A stretch of 64,000 bases of DNA, from positions 3,904,001 through 3,968,000 of the forward strand of contig OY970399.1 in the NCBI GenBank assembly GCA_963720545.1, given 5' to 3'. Both the position numbers and the translations under genes were made by a program. Of this stretch, positions 51,610 through 62,158 are shown piece after piece (position 1 is the stretch's first letter; each line of letters begins with the position of its first letter). The stretch comes from an uncultured Acidobacteriota bacterium. Its GTDB lineage: Bacteria; Acidobacteriota; Vicinamibacteria; Fen-336. Below the pieces are notes generated by a model. It made no database searches. It was not told where the DNA came from and saw nothing but the letters and a program-made list of their open reading frames with translations.

Positions 51610-54330
51610 ATGATGAAGCTCCTCGGTCGCATTGTGGTTATCGCCGCGGTGCTCGCGGCTATCGCGGTTCCGTCGTTTGCTCAAAGCCTCACCGGCGCGA
51701 TCGGCGGCAGGGTGGTGGACGAACAGGGCGGAGCGCTCCCCGGTGTTTTGCTGACGCTGATCGGCCCCACCGGCAGCACCACGGCGGTTTCGGACGCCAA
51801 AGGCTTTTACCGGTTCCCGGCCGTCGCTCCCGGCACCTACAGCCTCGAGGCGTCACTTGCCGGCTTCCAGTCGCGCCAGGAAACGAGCATCGGCATCTCG
51901 GTGGGCAAGCAGCTGACCTTCGACTTCCAGTTGAAGATCGCGGGCGTCGCCGAGTCGGTCGAAGTCGTGGACCGCGCGCCGGTGGTGGACGTCACCAGCA
52001 GCGCCACGCAGAACTCGGTGTCGCAGGACATCCTCTTCAACATCCCGCTGAGCCGCTTTTCCTACAACGTCCTCAACTACGCGCCCGGCGTCAACAACGA
52101 CTCGGGCTACGGCGGCGGCAATGACTCGGGCAACAGCCTGCTGCTTGACGGCGTCGACACGCGCAGCCCGTCGGGGGGCGGCTCGTTCGTCTACCAGAAC
52201 TACAACGTCATCGAGGAAGTGCAGGTCCAGGGCCTCGGCGCGCCGGCGGAGTATGGCCAGTTCACGGGCGCCATCGTCAACACCATCACCAAGTCGGGCA
52301 AGAACAAGTTCGAGAGCCTGTTCGACGTCCGCTACACGAGCGGCGGATTGTCGAGCAACAACGTGCCCGCATCCGCGGTGGCGCTCAACCCGACGCTCGA
52401 GGTGCCGCAACGCACCAACAAGGAATTCGACCTGACCGCGCAGTTCAGCGGGCCGATCGTCAAGGACAAGCTGTTCTTCTTCGCCGGCGTGCAGCGTTAC
52501 AAGCTCGACTACGAGCCGCCCGGCCCGCGCACCGCGGCCAACGAGGTGACGCCGCGCTTCAACGCCAAGATCAACTGGAACCTCGGTTCGAATGACTCGA
52601 TCATCGGGCTGTTCCAGGCCGAGGACTACAACCGCGACAAGCGGCCCAACTCGCGCTTCGCCGGCAGCTTCTCGACCACCGACGAAACCTCGCGCCAGGA
52701 AGACTCTAAGGACCAGCTGTGGAGCCTGCAGTGGCGCCACATCTTCGGCGCCAACACGTTCAGCGAGATCAAGTACGTCGGCTGGAACGGCTACGACTAC
52801 CTCGACCCGACGATCAACGCGCCGACCCGATGCGACGAAACCGGCGCCTGCTACGGCGGCGGCGGCTACAGCACGTACTTCGACCGCAAGCGCCACCAGG
52901 TAAACGCCGCGGTCTCGCACTATGCCGAGGCCTTCGGCCGCCACGACCTGAAGTTCGGCGTCGAGATCGAACGCAGCCGCGTGCGCGACCGCTTGAGCTA
53001 CGTGAACGGGCTGTACTACTACGACTACTATGGCGCCCCGTACGTCGCTTATAGCTACAGTTACGACCAGCGCGCCGACAACCACCGCGAGTCGTTCTTC
53101 GTGCAGGATTCGTGGAAGCTCAATAGCCGGCTCACCATCAATCCAGGCGTGCGCTACGACCGCAACCGCGGCATCGCCGCCGAGACCGGGCAGAAGGTAT
53201 TCCAGACGAGCGGGCTCGCGCCGCGGCTCGGCTTCGCCCTCGACCTCACCGGCAATCGTTCGGCCGTGCTCAAGGGCTCCTATAGCCAGTACTACGAGGG
53301 ACTCTTCGAGACTTACTACTACCGCGTCGTGCCAGGATTCTCGGATACGATCGAGTACGACGTCACCGGCGACACGCCCGTCGAGATCGACCGGACCCCG
53401 GGCACGTCCGCGTACCGAGTCGACCCGAACCTCAAACATCCACGCGTGGACGAATGGGTTGTGGGCTTCGAGAAGGCGCTGGGCCGCGACGTGCGGCTTG
53501 CGATCACCGGCATCCACCGCAACAGCAAGAACTTCATCAGCTCGGTGCGTCCGTCCGCGCGCTGGGAGCCGGTGACGCTCGAGAACCCGCTCAACGGCCA
53601 GCCGCTCATCGCCTACAACTGGGTGAACGAGGACGAGTCGGAGAACGACCTGCTCATCACCAACCCGCAGGGATTCCAGTACAAGGACGCCGCCGGCAAC
53701 GTGCTCGGCACCGCCGACGCCAGCGCTCGTTACAAGGCGCTGATGTTCGTCCTGAACCGGCCGCAGAAAAACCGCTGGCAGGCGCAAATCTCCTACGTGC
53801 TCTCGAAGAACACCGGCACACTCGATCCCAATACCGTGGAAAACATCGGCTACGGCGGCACCTACGAGACGCCGACCCGGGCTCTCGTCAACTCGAAGGG
53901 CGAGTTCCAGACGAGCCGCCGCCACGAGATCAAGGTGTTCACGGCCTACGACGTGCCGAAGCTCGACTTCCAGCTGGGCGCCTACTACCGCTACATCAGC
54001 GGTACCACCTACACGCCTTACGCGCGCTTCAGCTCGTCCGAGATCAACTACACCGCGTCTGGCCGCGAGCCGTGGCTCGAGCCGCTCGGTTCGCGCCGCC
54101 TCGACGGCGAGTCGATCCTCGACCTGCGCGCCGAGAAGATCTTTCCGGTTGGCGACAACCGCGTCGCGATCTACGCCGACCTCATCAACCTGTTCAACGC
54201 CTCGACCGCCGACTCGGTACAGATCCGCTCACCCTCGATCGGCATTAACGGCAACGACGTCCCGTTCGGCGCCCCCGACTCGATCACGCCGCCGCGGCAG
54301 ATCACCTTCGGCGCACGCTGGAGCTTCTAG
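51610..54330 (+). CDS. TonB-dependent receptor with N-terminal carboxypeptidase-regulatory-like domain (Oar-like)
   Basis: GRVVDEQGGALPGV, plug APAEYGQFTGAIVNTITKSG, SGPIVKDKLFFF, NPGVRYD, C-terminal PRQITFGARWSF. Confidence 0.92.
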   Translation: MMKLLGRIVVIAAVLAAIAVPSFAQSLTGAIGGRVVDEQGGALPGVLLTLIGPTGSTTAVSDAKGFYRFPAVAPGTYSLEASLAGFQSRQETSIGISVGKQLTFDFQLKIAGVAESVEVVDRAPVVDVTSSATQNSVSQDILFNIPLSRFSYNVLNYAPGVNNDSGYGGGNDSGNSLLLDGVDTRSPSGGGSFVYQNYNVIEEVQVQGLGAPAEYGQFTGAIVNTITKSGKNKFESLFDVRYTSGGLSSNNVPASAVALNPTLEVPQRTNKEFDLTAQFSGPIVKDKLFFFAGVQRYKLDYEPPGPRTAANEVTPRFNAKINWNLGSNDSIIGLFQAEDYNRDKRPNSRFAGSFSTTDETSRQEDSKDQLWSLQWRHIFGANTFSEIKYVGWNGYDYLDPTINAPTRCDETGACYGGGGYSTYFDRKRHQVNAAVSHYAEAFGRHDLKFGVEIERSRVRDRLSYVNGLYYYDYYGAPYVAYSYSYDQRADNHRESFFVQDSWKLNSRLTINPGVRYDRNRGIAAETGQKVFQTSGLAPRLGFALDLTGNRSAVLKGSYSQYYEGLFETYYYRVVPGFSDTIEYDVTGDTPVEIDRTPGTSAYRVDPNLKHPRVDEWVVGFEKALGRDVRLAITGIHRNSKNFISSVRPSARWEPVTLENPLNGQPLIAYNWVNEDESENDLLITNPQGFQYKDAAGNVLGTADASARYKALMFVLNRPQKNRWQAQISYVLSKNTGTLDPNTVENIGYGGTYETPTRALVNSKGEFQTSRRHEIKVFTAYDVPKLDFQLGAYYRYISGTTYTPYARFSSSEINYTASGREPWLEPLGSRRLDGESILDLRAEKIFPVGDNRVAIYADLINLFNASTADSVQIRSPSIGINGNDVPFGAPDSITPPRQITFGARWSF

Positions 54331-54382
54331 GGGGTCGCCGCACAAAGCCAGTGCGCGCGGTGCCTGCAGTAGCATCGCGAGC

Positions 54383-55825
54383 ATGCGACAACCGATAGCG
54401 CCGCTCGTTCTGGCCGCAGCCCTTGGCCTGGCCGTGGTGCCATGCCATGCGCAGGCGGATGATGCCGCCGTCTCCGGGATCGTCGGCGCGGCCATGACCG
54501 GCGGCGGGGCTTCACGGTTCCTGGCGGAGCTGACCGACACGGTGGGCGGGCGCGTCACGGGCAGCCCGGAATCGCGGGCCGCGTCCGAGCTGCTCCTGAA
54601 GACGCTGAAGAGCGCGGGCTACGACAACGCGCGCTTCGAGGAGTACCCGATCGCGAGCCGCTGGGCGCGGGGACAAGCGAAGGCGCGGGTTGCGAGCCCC
54701 ATCGACCGGCAGCTCGCGGTGCTCTCGTTCGCGTGGGTTCCGGGCACGCCGGGGGCGATCGAGGCGCCGCTCGTGGACCTCGGCAAGCCGGGCGCCAACG
54801 AACTCTCCGTACCGGCAGCGCAGCTGCGCGGCGCCGCGGTGCTGGTCGAGCCGCAGGCGATTGGCAGCGTGCCATCACAGGTGATGCGTTCGGCCCTCGT
54901 AGCAGAGCTGAGCCGCGCTGGCGCCGCTGCCATGCTGATCCCGTCCGACAAGCCCGACCGCATGCTGTTCACTTCGGCCTTCGGTTTGTATCCCGGCACG
55001 ACCCTGCCGGTGCTGTCGATCGCGAAGGAGGACACGCTGCTGCTGCGGCGCCTGCTCGCGAGGGGCGCGGTGCGTGTCGGCCTCGACGTCGCCAACACGC
55101 TCGACCGCAGTCCGGCCAAGGAGCGCAACGTCATCGCCGACTTGCCCGGTACGAACGCCGACGAGATCGTCCTTGTCGGCGCGCATCTCGATTCGTGGGA
55201 TCTCGCCGAGGGCGCTGACGACGATGGCTCGGGTGTCGCGGCGGTGCTCGAAGCGGCGCGGATCCTGAAGGCGTCCGGAGTGAAGCCGCGCCGCACGATC
55301 CGCTTTGCCTTCTTCACGGGCGAGGAGCAGGCGCTCCTCGGATCACGCGCCTACGTGGAAGCGCACCAGGCCGAGCTGAACAGCCACCGGGCCGTGGTCA
55401 TCATGGACTCCGGTGCCGGGGCGCCGCGCGGGCTGATGCTGCACGGCCGAACTGACCTCGCCGACTCGATGCGCAAGCTCATCACACCGCTCGCACCACT
55501 GGGTGCCGGCGGCGTTTCCGTGGAGGCGTCGTTCGACATGGACCACGCGCCATTCCTCGTGGCCGGTGTGCCAGCGTTCTCCCTGTGGGTGGATGACGGC
55601 GCCTACGACAACCACCACCACGCGGTCACCGACACCTTCGACAAGGTGCTTCCCCTGAACCTGAGCCTCGACACAGCGGCGCTGGCCGCGAGCGCCTTCC
55701 TGCTCGCGAACAGCGACCAGCCGGGGAAGCGCCTCAGCACGGCCGAAGCCGACGCGATCCTGGCACGCACCGGCCTGGAGCCGTTGCGGACCATCATCTA
55801 TCGAGGCGGCTCAGCGCGCGAGTGA
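54383..55825 (+). CDS. M28-family metallopeptidase with PA domain
   Basis: GGRVTGS, VGAHLDSWD, GADDDGSG, FTGEEQ, DHAPF, HHAVTDTFDK. Confidence 0.9.
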   Translation: MRQPIAPLVLAAALGLAVVPCHAQADDAAVSGIVGAAMTGGGASRFLAELTDTVGGRVTGSPESRAASELLLKTLKSAGYDNARFEEYPIASRWARGQAKARVASPIDRQLAVLSFAWVPGTPGAIEAPLVDLGKPGANELSVPAAQLRGAAVLVEPQAIGSVPSQVMRSALVAELSRAGAAAMLIPSDKPDRMLFTSAFGLYPGTTLPVLSIAKEDTLLLRRLLARGAVRVGLDVANTLDRSPAKERNVIADLPGTNADEIVLVGAHLDSWDLAEGADDDGSGVAAVLEAARILKASGVKPRRTIRFAFFTGEEQALLGSRAYVEAHQAELNSHRAVVIMDSGAGAPRGLMLHGRTDLADSMRKLITPLAPLGAGGVSVEASFDMDHAPFLVAGVPAFSLWVDDGAYDNHHHAVTDTFDKVLPLNLSLDTAALAASAFLLANSDQPGKRLSTAEADAILARTGLEPLRTIIYRGGSARE

Positions 55826-56617
55826 GTTGACGAAGGCGGCGATCCGCCGCAGCGAATCGTCGCGCTGGTTGTTGCTCGCGAATATGCCGTTGTGCCCGGC
55901 GCCGTCGTAGAACGTCGCGTCAACTCTTTTGCCGGCGCGTCGCAGCGCCGCTTCGAACGCGCGCGCCTGGCGCGGGTCGGTCACCGGCGAGCCGCCCTCA
56001 CCTTGGCCGTCGGCGGTGCCGTGCAACATCAGCAACGGCACCTTGATCTCCGCGGCGCGCGGCACCAGCTCGTCGGGGTAGCCCGCCGAATTGAGCACCG
56101 CTCCCTGCACACCGCCCGTGCCGAGGACGTACTGGAGCGCGGCGCCGCCGCCGCGCGAGTGGCCGAACAGGATGATTCGCTCGGCACGAACGCCCGGCAG
56201 GCGGCGCACGGCGGTAACCAGCGCGCCTACGGCACGCTGGGTCGCAGCGTCTGCGGCGGGCTCCATCGGGTGCGCATCCGGACAGGCGATCGGCGTGACG
56301 AACCGGGCTCCCGCGCCGCCGCCGCCCGCGGCCCAGCAGGCGGCAACCGCAAGCACGCCCTCACGCGCCAACCCCTGCGCCAGCTCGACGTACTCGCGCG
56401 CGAAGCCGTGAGAACCGTGCAGCACGATGACGGCGGGGAAGGGGCCTGTCCCCGAAGGCCGCGCGACCGCGGCCAACATGGCCCCGGTGCCAGTCGCCTC
56501 GATCCGAAGCCACTCGACGGCGAGGCCCGCGCCGCCGGGAGGAACGGCCGTGGGTGTCGCGACTGGTCGGGAGGCTGGCGCGACCGCCAGCAGCAGGACG
56601 AGCGACAGCGCCAGCAT
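55811..56617 (-). CDS. Exported dienelactone-hydrolase/S9-like alpha/beta hydrolase
   Basis: PFPAVIVLHGS, GHSRGG, LHGTAD, YDGAGH. Confidence 0.85.
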   Translation of the reverse strand: MLALSLVLLLAVAPASRPVATPTAVPPGGAGLAVEWLRIEATGTGAMLAAVARPSGTGPFPAVIVLHGSHGFAREYVELAQGLAREGVLAVAACWAAGGGGAGARFVTPIACPDAHPMEPAADAATQRAVGALVTAVRRLPGVRAERIILFGHSRGGGAALQYVLGTGGVQGAVLNSAGYPDELVPRAAEIKVPLLMLHGTADGQGEGGSPVTDPRQARAFEAALRRAGKRVDATFYDGAGHNGIFASNNQRDDSLRRIAAFVNSLAR

Positions 56618-56630
56618 CGGAGACGACCTC

Positions 56631-58853
56631 CTACCGGTACGGCTTCAGCAGTTTCCGGTCTTCGGCGGAGGCGGGGCGGAAGCTGACAGCAGCGCCGCCG
56701 CCGGGGGCGAGGGCGACCTTCAGGATCGATTTGTCGGTGACCAGGAACTTGTCGATCTTGTAGGCCATCGGGTTCTTGTCCCAGCTGGCGCCGGCGGCAT
56801 CCGCGTAGATGGCGGCGACGTAGGTGGTGCCCGGCGTCAGGTACGCCGCCGGCAGCGTCGCGACGCGCGCGTTCTCGTTGGTGATGGCGCCGACGTACCA
56901 CTCGTCCTTGCCCTTGGCCTTGCGGGCGATCGTCACGTAGTCGCCGGGTTCGGCCTCGAGGATCCTGGTGTCGTCCCAGTCCACCGCGACGTCGTGGATG
57001 AACTGGAACGCGTCCATGTGCTTCTCGTAGTTCTGCGGGAAGTCGGCGGCCATCTGCAGCGGGCTGTACATCGTGACGTAGAGCGCCAGCTGCTTGGCGA
57101 GCGTCGTGTGCACCTGCGCCTTGTTCTTCGGGTCGTAGACCGACATCTTGATCTCGAAGATCCCCGGCGTGTAGTCCATCGGCCCGCCCATGAGGCGCGT
57201 GAACGGCAGGATGGTCTCGTGCGCGGGTGGGTTGCCGCCGCTCCAGGCGTTGAACTCGTTGCCGCGCGCCGCCTCGCTCGCCATCCAGTTGGGCCAGGTG
57301 CGCGACAGCCCGGTGGGCCGCACCGGCTCGTGCGAGTCCACCATGATCTGCATGCCGGCTGCCTTGGCGGCGACGCGCGCGTAGTGGTTCACCATCCACT
57401 GGCCGTCATGGTGCTCGCCGCGCGGGATGATGCGCCCGACATAGCCGGTCTTGACCGCGTCGTAGCCGTTGTCCTTCATGAAGCGGAACGCGGCGTCGAG
57501 GCGGCGCTCGTAATTGGTGGCCGAGGCCGAGGTCTCGTGGTGCATGATGAGCTTCACGCCCTTCTGCGCGCTGTAGCGGTGCAGCTCGGCGACGTCGAAG
57601 TCGGGATAGGGCGTGACGAAGTCGAAGACGTTTTCCTTCCACTGCCCGAACCAGTCTTCCCAGCCGATGTTCCACCCCTCGACCAGCACGCCGCCGATGC
57701 CGTTGGCGGCAGCGAAGTCGATGTAGCGCTTCACGTTCGCGGTGTTGGCGCTGTGCTTGCCGCTCGGCTTCAGCGCCTGCCAGTCGGTGGTGTCGAGCCG
57801 CAGGCCGGTTTCGTCCGAGAAGCTCCAGGTGCCGGTCTTGGCGTGCATCTCCCACCAGACGCCGACGAACTTCTGCGGCTTGATGAAGCTCGTGTCCTTG
57901 ATCTGCGACGGCTCGTTGAGGTTGAGGATCGTCTTCGACGCCAGGATGTCGGCCGCCTTGTCGCTGACGATGACTGTGCGCCACGGCGAGACCGCCGGCG
58001 TCTGCAAATAGGCCTTGTTGCCGACGGCGTCCGGCACCAGGTGGGCGGTGAGACGCAGCGCCTTCTTGTCGACCGCCAGCTGCATTGCGGGATAGTCGAC
58101 GAGCGCCGCCTCGTGGATGCTGATGTAAAGGCCGTCCGTCGTCTTCATCAGCAGCGGCGTCTGTACGTTGTCGCCCGGGATCACGGTGCGCGCCGCGATT
58201 TCGGCTGCCGCATTGCCCTTCGAGGAGTCGACCTCGGTCAGCTTCGACACGGTGTAGGCATACTCGTTGGTGTCGTAGTCGCCGGGAATCCAGAAGGTCT
58301 TGTGGTCGCCGGTCAGGCTGAACTGGGTCTTTTCGTCGGCGACGATGAAGGACCCCAGCGCGTCCTGGCGCGGGAACTCGTAGCGAAAGCCGAGGCCGTC
58401 GTCGAACAGGCGGAAGCGCACGATGATGCGGCGGTTCTTCGTCGCGGCCTGGGCCAGCGTGACGGCAAGCTCCTTGTAGCGGTTGCGGATCGTCTTCACT
58501 TCGCCCCAGACGGGATCCCAGGTTTCGTCCTTGTCGGCCTGGTCCGCCGCGGCGACGCTGAAACCGCTGGCGAGTGTCGGCTGGTCGCGCAGCTCGAGGC
58601 CGAGCGTGCTCTCATTGATCACCGGCTTGCCGGCCAGCGTGAGCGCGTAGGACGGCGTGCCCTGCGCATTCAGCGAGAAGATGAGCACGAGCCTGCCGTT
58701 CGGCGACTGCAGCGTCTGCGTGGCCGGAGCTGTGGACGGGGCCGCCGCCGCAGCCGCGGCCGTGGGAGTTGCCGGCGCGGTCGCTACCTGGAACGGGAAC
58801 GTGCCTGCCGGCAGCAGCAGTAACGCGAGCGCGACCGGAAGGAGAGGCTTCAT
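56631..58853 (-). CDS. Glycoside hydrolase family 97 (SusB-like alpha-glucosidase)
   Basis: YDTNEY, GVWWEMH, LVEGWNIGWEDW, MHHET, KTGYVG, EAARGNEF, GGPMDYTPG. Confidence 0.95.
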   Translation of the reverse strand: MKPLLPVALALLLLPAGTFPFQVATAPATPTAAAAAAAPSTAPATQTLQSPNGRLVLIFSLNAQGTPSYALTLAGKPVINESTLGLELRDQPTLASGFSVAAADQADKDETWDPVWGEVKTIRNRYKELAVTLAQAATKNRRIIVRFRLFDDGLGFRYEFPRQDALGSFIVADEKTQFSLTGDHKTFWIPGDYDTNEYAYTVSKLTEVDSSKGNAAAEIAARTVIPGDNVQTPLLMKTTDGLYISIHEAALVDYPAMQLAVDKKALRLTAHLVPDAVGNKAYLQTPAVSPWRTVIVSDKAADILASKTILNLNEPSQIKDTSFIKPQKFVGVWWEMHAKTGTWSFSDETGLRLDTTDWQALKPSGKHSANTANVKRYIDFAAANGIGGVLVEGWNIGWEDWFGQWKENVFDFVTPYPDFDVAELHRYSAQKGVKLIMHHETSASATNYERRLDAAFRFMKDNGYDAVKTGYVGRIIPRGEHHDGQWMVNHYARVAAKAAGMQIMVDSHEPVRPTGLSRTWPNWMASEAARGNEFNAWSGGNPPAHETILPFTRLMGGPMDYTPGIFEIKMSVYDPKNKAQVHTTLAKQLALYVTMYSPLQMAADFPQNYEKHMDAFQFIHDVAVDWDDTRILEAEPGDYVTIARKAKGKDEWYVGAITNENARVATLPAAYLTPGTTYVAAIYADAAGASWDKNPMAYKIDKFLVTDKSILKVALAPGGGAAVSFRPASAEDRKLLKPYR

Positions 58854-60476
58854 TTATTTCTCCGTCATGAAAGGGTAGCGGTAATCGCGCGGTGGCGAGA
58901 ACGTCTCCTTGATCGAGCGAGCGCTCACCCAGCGCACCAGGTTGAGCTTGGAACCGGCCTTGTCGTTGGTGCCCGAGGCGCGGGCGCCGCCGAACGGCTG
59001 CTGGCCAACCACGGCACCCGTCGGCTTGTCGTTGACGTAGAAGTTTCCGGCCGCGTTGACGAGAGCTGCCGACGCTTCGCGCACCGCGGCACGGTCCTGG
59101 GAGAAGACTGCTCCGGTGAGCGCGTAAGGCGAGGTGCGGTCGACGAGCCGCAGCGTCTCCTTCCACTTGTTGTCGTCATAGACGTAGGCGGTGACGACCG
59201 GGCCGAAGATCTCCTCGCACATCAACTTGTGGTCGGGGTCGTTGGCCTGGACCAGCGTTGGCTCGATGAACCAGCCGGTCTTGCCGTCGCTCCTGCCGCC
59301 GGCGACGATGCGCCCCTTCCGGCCCCCATCCTTTATATAGGCGGAGATCTTGTCGAAGGCGCGCTGGTCGATCACCGCACCCATGAAGTTGCGGAAGTCC
59401 TGGATGTCGCCCATCTTGATGTCCGCGATCATCGCAGCCACTCGTCCCGAAACGTCCTTCCACAGCGACCTCGGCACGTAGATGCGGCTGGCCGCGGAGC
59501 ACTTCTGTCCCTGGTACTCGAACCCGCCGCGGACGATTGCGACCGCCAGCGCCGCGGCGTCCGCGGAGGCGTGGGCCACGATGAAGTCCTTGCCGCCGGT
59601 CTCGCCAACGATGCGTGGATAGCTGCGGTAGCGGTCCATGTTGTGGCCGATGGTGCGCCACATCGCGTTGAACACCGAGGTGCTGCCGGTGAAGTGCACG
59701 CCGGCCAGGTCCGCGTGGTTCAGCACCACGTCGGAGATGGCGACCGGATCGCCGGGAACGAAGTTGATGACGCCGGGCGGCAGGCCGGCTTCCTCGAGCA
59801 GGCGCAGCAGGTAGTAGGCGCTCGGGATCGCCGAGGAGGCCGGCTTCCACAGCACGACGTTGCCCATGAGCGCGGGCGAGGTGGGCAGGTTGCCGGCGAT
59901 CGAGGTGAAGTTGAAGGGCGTGACCGCGTAGACAAAACCCTCGAGCGGCCGGTACTCGGCCTGGTTCCACATCGTGTGGTTGCTGATCGGCTGCTCGGCG
60001 TACAGCTCCTGCGCGTAGTGCGGGTTGAAGCGCCAGAAGTCGATGAGCTCGACGGCCGAGTCGATCTCGGCCTGGAACGCCGTCTTCGACTGGCCGAGCA
60101 TCGTGATTGCGTTGATCGTTTGCCGCCAGGTGGTCGCGAGCAGCTCCGCCGCCTTGAGGAAGATCGCCGCGCGATCCTCGAACGGCCAGTTCGCCCAGTC
60201 CTTCCGCGCCGCCGCCGCGGCCGCGACCGCCGCCTGCACCTGCGCGGTGCCGGCCTTGTGCCAGTCGGCGAGCACGTGCCGATGGTCGTGAGGCATCACC
60301 GCGGTGCCGCGTTCCTTGCCCTTCACGTCCTTGCCGCCGATCACCAGCGGAATCTCGATGCGCTCGCCGGCCATCGCCTTGAGCCGCGCCTTCAGCTCGG
60401 CCTTCTCGGGAGATCCTGGTGCGTACGACTTCACGGGCTCGTTGCTGGGCGGTGGAACGCGGCGGGTGGAGTTCAT
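58854..60476 (-). CDS. pruA: L-glutamate gamma-semialdehyde (P5C) dehydrogenase
   Basis: [62 protein letters not shown]. Confidence 0.95.
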   Translation of the reverse strand: MNSTRRVPPPSNEPVKSYAPGSPEKAELKARLKAMAGERIEIPLVIGGKDVKGKERGTAVMPHDHRHVLADWHKAGTAQVQAAVAAAAAARKDWANWPFEDRAAIFLKAAELLATTWRQTINAITMLGQSKTAFQAEIDSAVELIDFWRFNPHYAQELYAEQPISNHTMWNQAEYRPLEGFVYAVTPFNFTSIAGNLPTSPALMGNVVLWKPASSAIPSAYYLLRLLEEAGLPPGVINFVPGDPVAISDVVLNHADLAGVHFTGSTSVFNAMWRTIGHNMDRYRSYPRIVGETGGKDFIVAHASADAAALAVAIVRGGFEYQGQKCSAASRIYVPRSLWKDVSGRVAAMIADIKMGDIQDFRNFMGAVIDQRAFDKISAYIKDGGRKGRIVAGGRSDGKTGWFIEPTLVQANDPDHKLMCEEIFGPVVTAYVYDDNKWKETLRLVDRTSPYALTGAVFSQDRAAVREASAALVNAAGNFYVNDKPTGAVVGQQPFGGARASGTNDKAGSKLNLVRWVSARSIKETFSPPRDYRYPFMTEK

Positions 60477-60483
60477 GATCCCA

Positions 60484-60495
60484 AAGGTTAACCTT
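60484..60495. promoter_or_regulatory. Perfect 12-bp palindrome; candidate bidirectional -10 element
   Basis: AAGGTTAACCTT centred in the 26-bp gap between two divergent ATGs. Confidence 0.6.
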
Positions 60496-60502
60496 CGGCA
60501 CC

Positions 60503-62158
60503 ATGTTGAAGGAACCGGGCCGGCCCGCGGCCGTCCGCGCGCTCGCCGCGCTGCTGGCACTGCTGGCGGTCGCCGGCGGAGCGATGCTGTTCGCCCAGGC
60601 CGCGTGGCGTTCGGTGGTGCGTTACAAGACGCCCTATTCCTTCGCCGAAGGACGCCAGCTGCCGAGCCCCGCGCCTGCCGGCCGCGTGGTCTTCATCATC
60701 GTGGACGGGCTGCGGGTGGACGCTTCGCGGCGCATGCCGTTCCTCAACGAGCTGCGTGCGAAGGGCGCCGACCTCCTCGCGGCTGTGGGTACGCCGTCCT
60801 ATTCGCGTCCCGGCCGGATGACGATCGCCACCGGCACCTGGCCCGAGATCCACGGCGCCACCACCAACGACTTCAAGGGGCCGATGCCCTCCGACAACAT
60901 CATTCGCGCCGTGGCGCGCACCGGCCGCAGCTGCCGGATCGCCGGCTCGCGCATCTGGGCCGAGCAGTTTGCCGCCGACATCGCGCTCTGCGGCTCCGCC
61001 CGCGCGCTCGCCGAAAACGAGGGACCGGGACTCTTCCGGCCGTATCGGCCGAAGCTCGAGGCCGAGGAGGAGGCCGGTGTCGCCTTCGCCCTCGCGAAGC
61101 CGGCCGACCTCACCATGGTCGATTTCGTCGCGACCGATGCCGCGGCGCACGATCTCGGGGCCGCGTCGCCCGAGTACTTCGACGAGACGCAGCGCATCGA
61201 CGCGATGATCCGTCGCATCGTTGCGCAGGTGGGCCTCGACAACGCCACCTTCATCGTGACCGCCGACCACGGCCATCGCGACCTCGGCGGACACGGGTCG
61301 GACGAGCCCGAGGTGCGCAGCGTGCCGCTGGTCCTTGCCGGCGCGATGATCCGGCCCGGCACGCGCGTCCCGGCGCGGCAGATCGACCTCGCGCCGACAC
61401 TCGCGGCGCTCCTCGGCGTTCCCATTCCCGGCGGCGCCTCCGGCCGGGTGCTCACCGAACTGCTGGACATCGACGGCAACCGGCTCGGACTGGCGCAAAA
61501 CGCGTCGCGCGGCCAGCAGCGCGTGTTCGCCGACGACTACGCGCGCGCCGTGGGTGTCGATCCGCAAACGCTGCCCGACGATCCGGAGGCGGCGATCTCG
61601 CGGGTGCGCAGCGACATCGTCGAGCACGAACGCCTGCGCCGCCTGCCAACAGCCGCCCTGCTCACGTTCACGGCCCTGGCGATTGCCGCGCTCGGCCTGG
61701 GCGGCGGACCGGCGTGGCGGAAGGCGACGCTCGCCGGCCTCGGTGCTTACGCCGCGGCCTTCACCGTGCTGCTGTTCGCCACTCGCCAGGCCCTGACGCT
61801 GAGCGCGATCAACCACGACGAGCAGGTGGCTGCCTTCTTCCGCCCGTTCGTGATCGACAGCTTCGCTGCCAGCCTGGTGGCTGCGCTGGTGGTCCTGCTG
61901 ATGGACCGGCGCTCGCCTCCCGGCCGCCCGTTCGTTCCGGTGCTGCGCATTGGTGCCGTGCTGCTGGCGCTCGGCACCGCCTACGTCGCCTGGGGCTACG
62001 GCGTTGCCGGGTTGTTCTCGAGCTGGCGGCTGCCGTCGATCCCGGCCGTCTTCGGGTTGTTCATCGCCGCGCTGCAGCTCGTCGGCGTGTGCGGCGCGCT
62101 CCTCGTGTTCGGCGCCTGGTCGCTGCTCGCGGGCAGGTACTCGCGGGCCCTGAAATGA
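60503..62158 (+). CDS. Alkaline-phosphatase-superfamily membrane protein (GPI ethanolamine-phosphate transferase-like layout)
   Basis: N-terminal [41 protein letters not shown]; about six C-terminal hydrophobic helices. Confidence 0.8.
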   Translation: MLKEPGRPAAVRALAALLALLAVAGGAMLFAQAAWRSVVRYKTPYSFAEGRQLPSPAPAGRVVFIIVDGLRVDASRRMPFLNELRAKGADLLAAVGTPSYSRPGRMTIATGTWPEIHGATTNDFKGPMPSDNIIRAVARTGRSCRIAGSRIWAEQFAADIALCGSARALAENEGPGLFRPYRPKLEAEEEAGVAFALAKPADLTMVDFVATDAAAHDLGAASPEYFDETQRIDAMIRRIVAQVGLDNATFIVTADHGHRDLGGHGSDEPEVRSVPLVLAGAMIRPGTRVPARQIDLAPTLAALLGVPIPGGASGRVLTELLDIDGNRLGLAQNASRGQQRVFADDYARAVGVDPQTLPDDPEAAISRVRSDIVEHERLRRLPTAALLTFTALAIAALGLGGGPAWRKATLAGLGAYAAAFTVLLFATRQALTLSAINHDEQVAAFFRPFVIDSFAASLVAALVVLLMDRRSPPGRPFVPVLRIGAVLLALGTAYVAWGYGVAGLFSSWRLPSIPAVFGLFIAALQLVGVCGALLVFGAWSLLAGRYSRALK

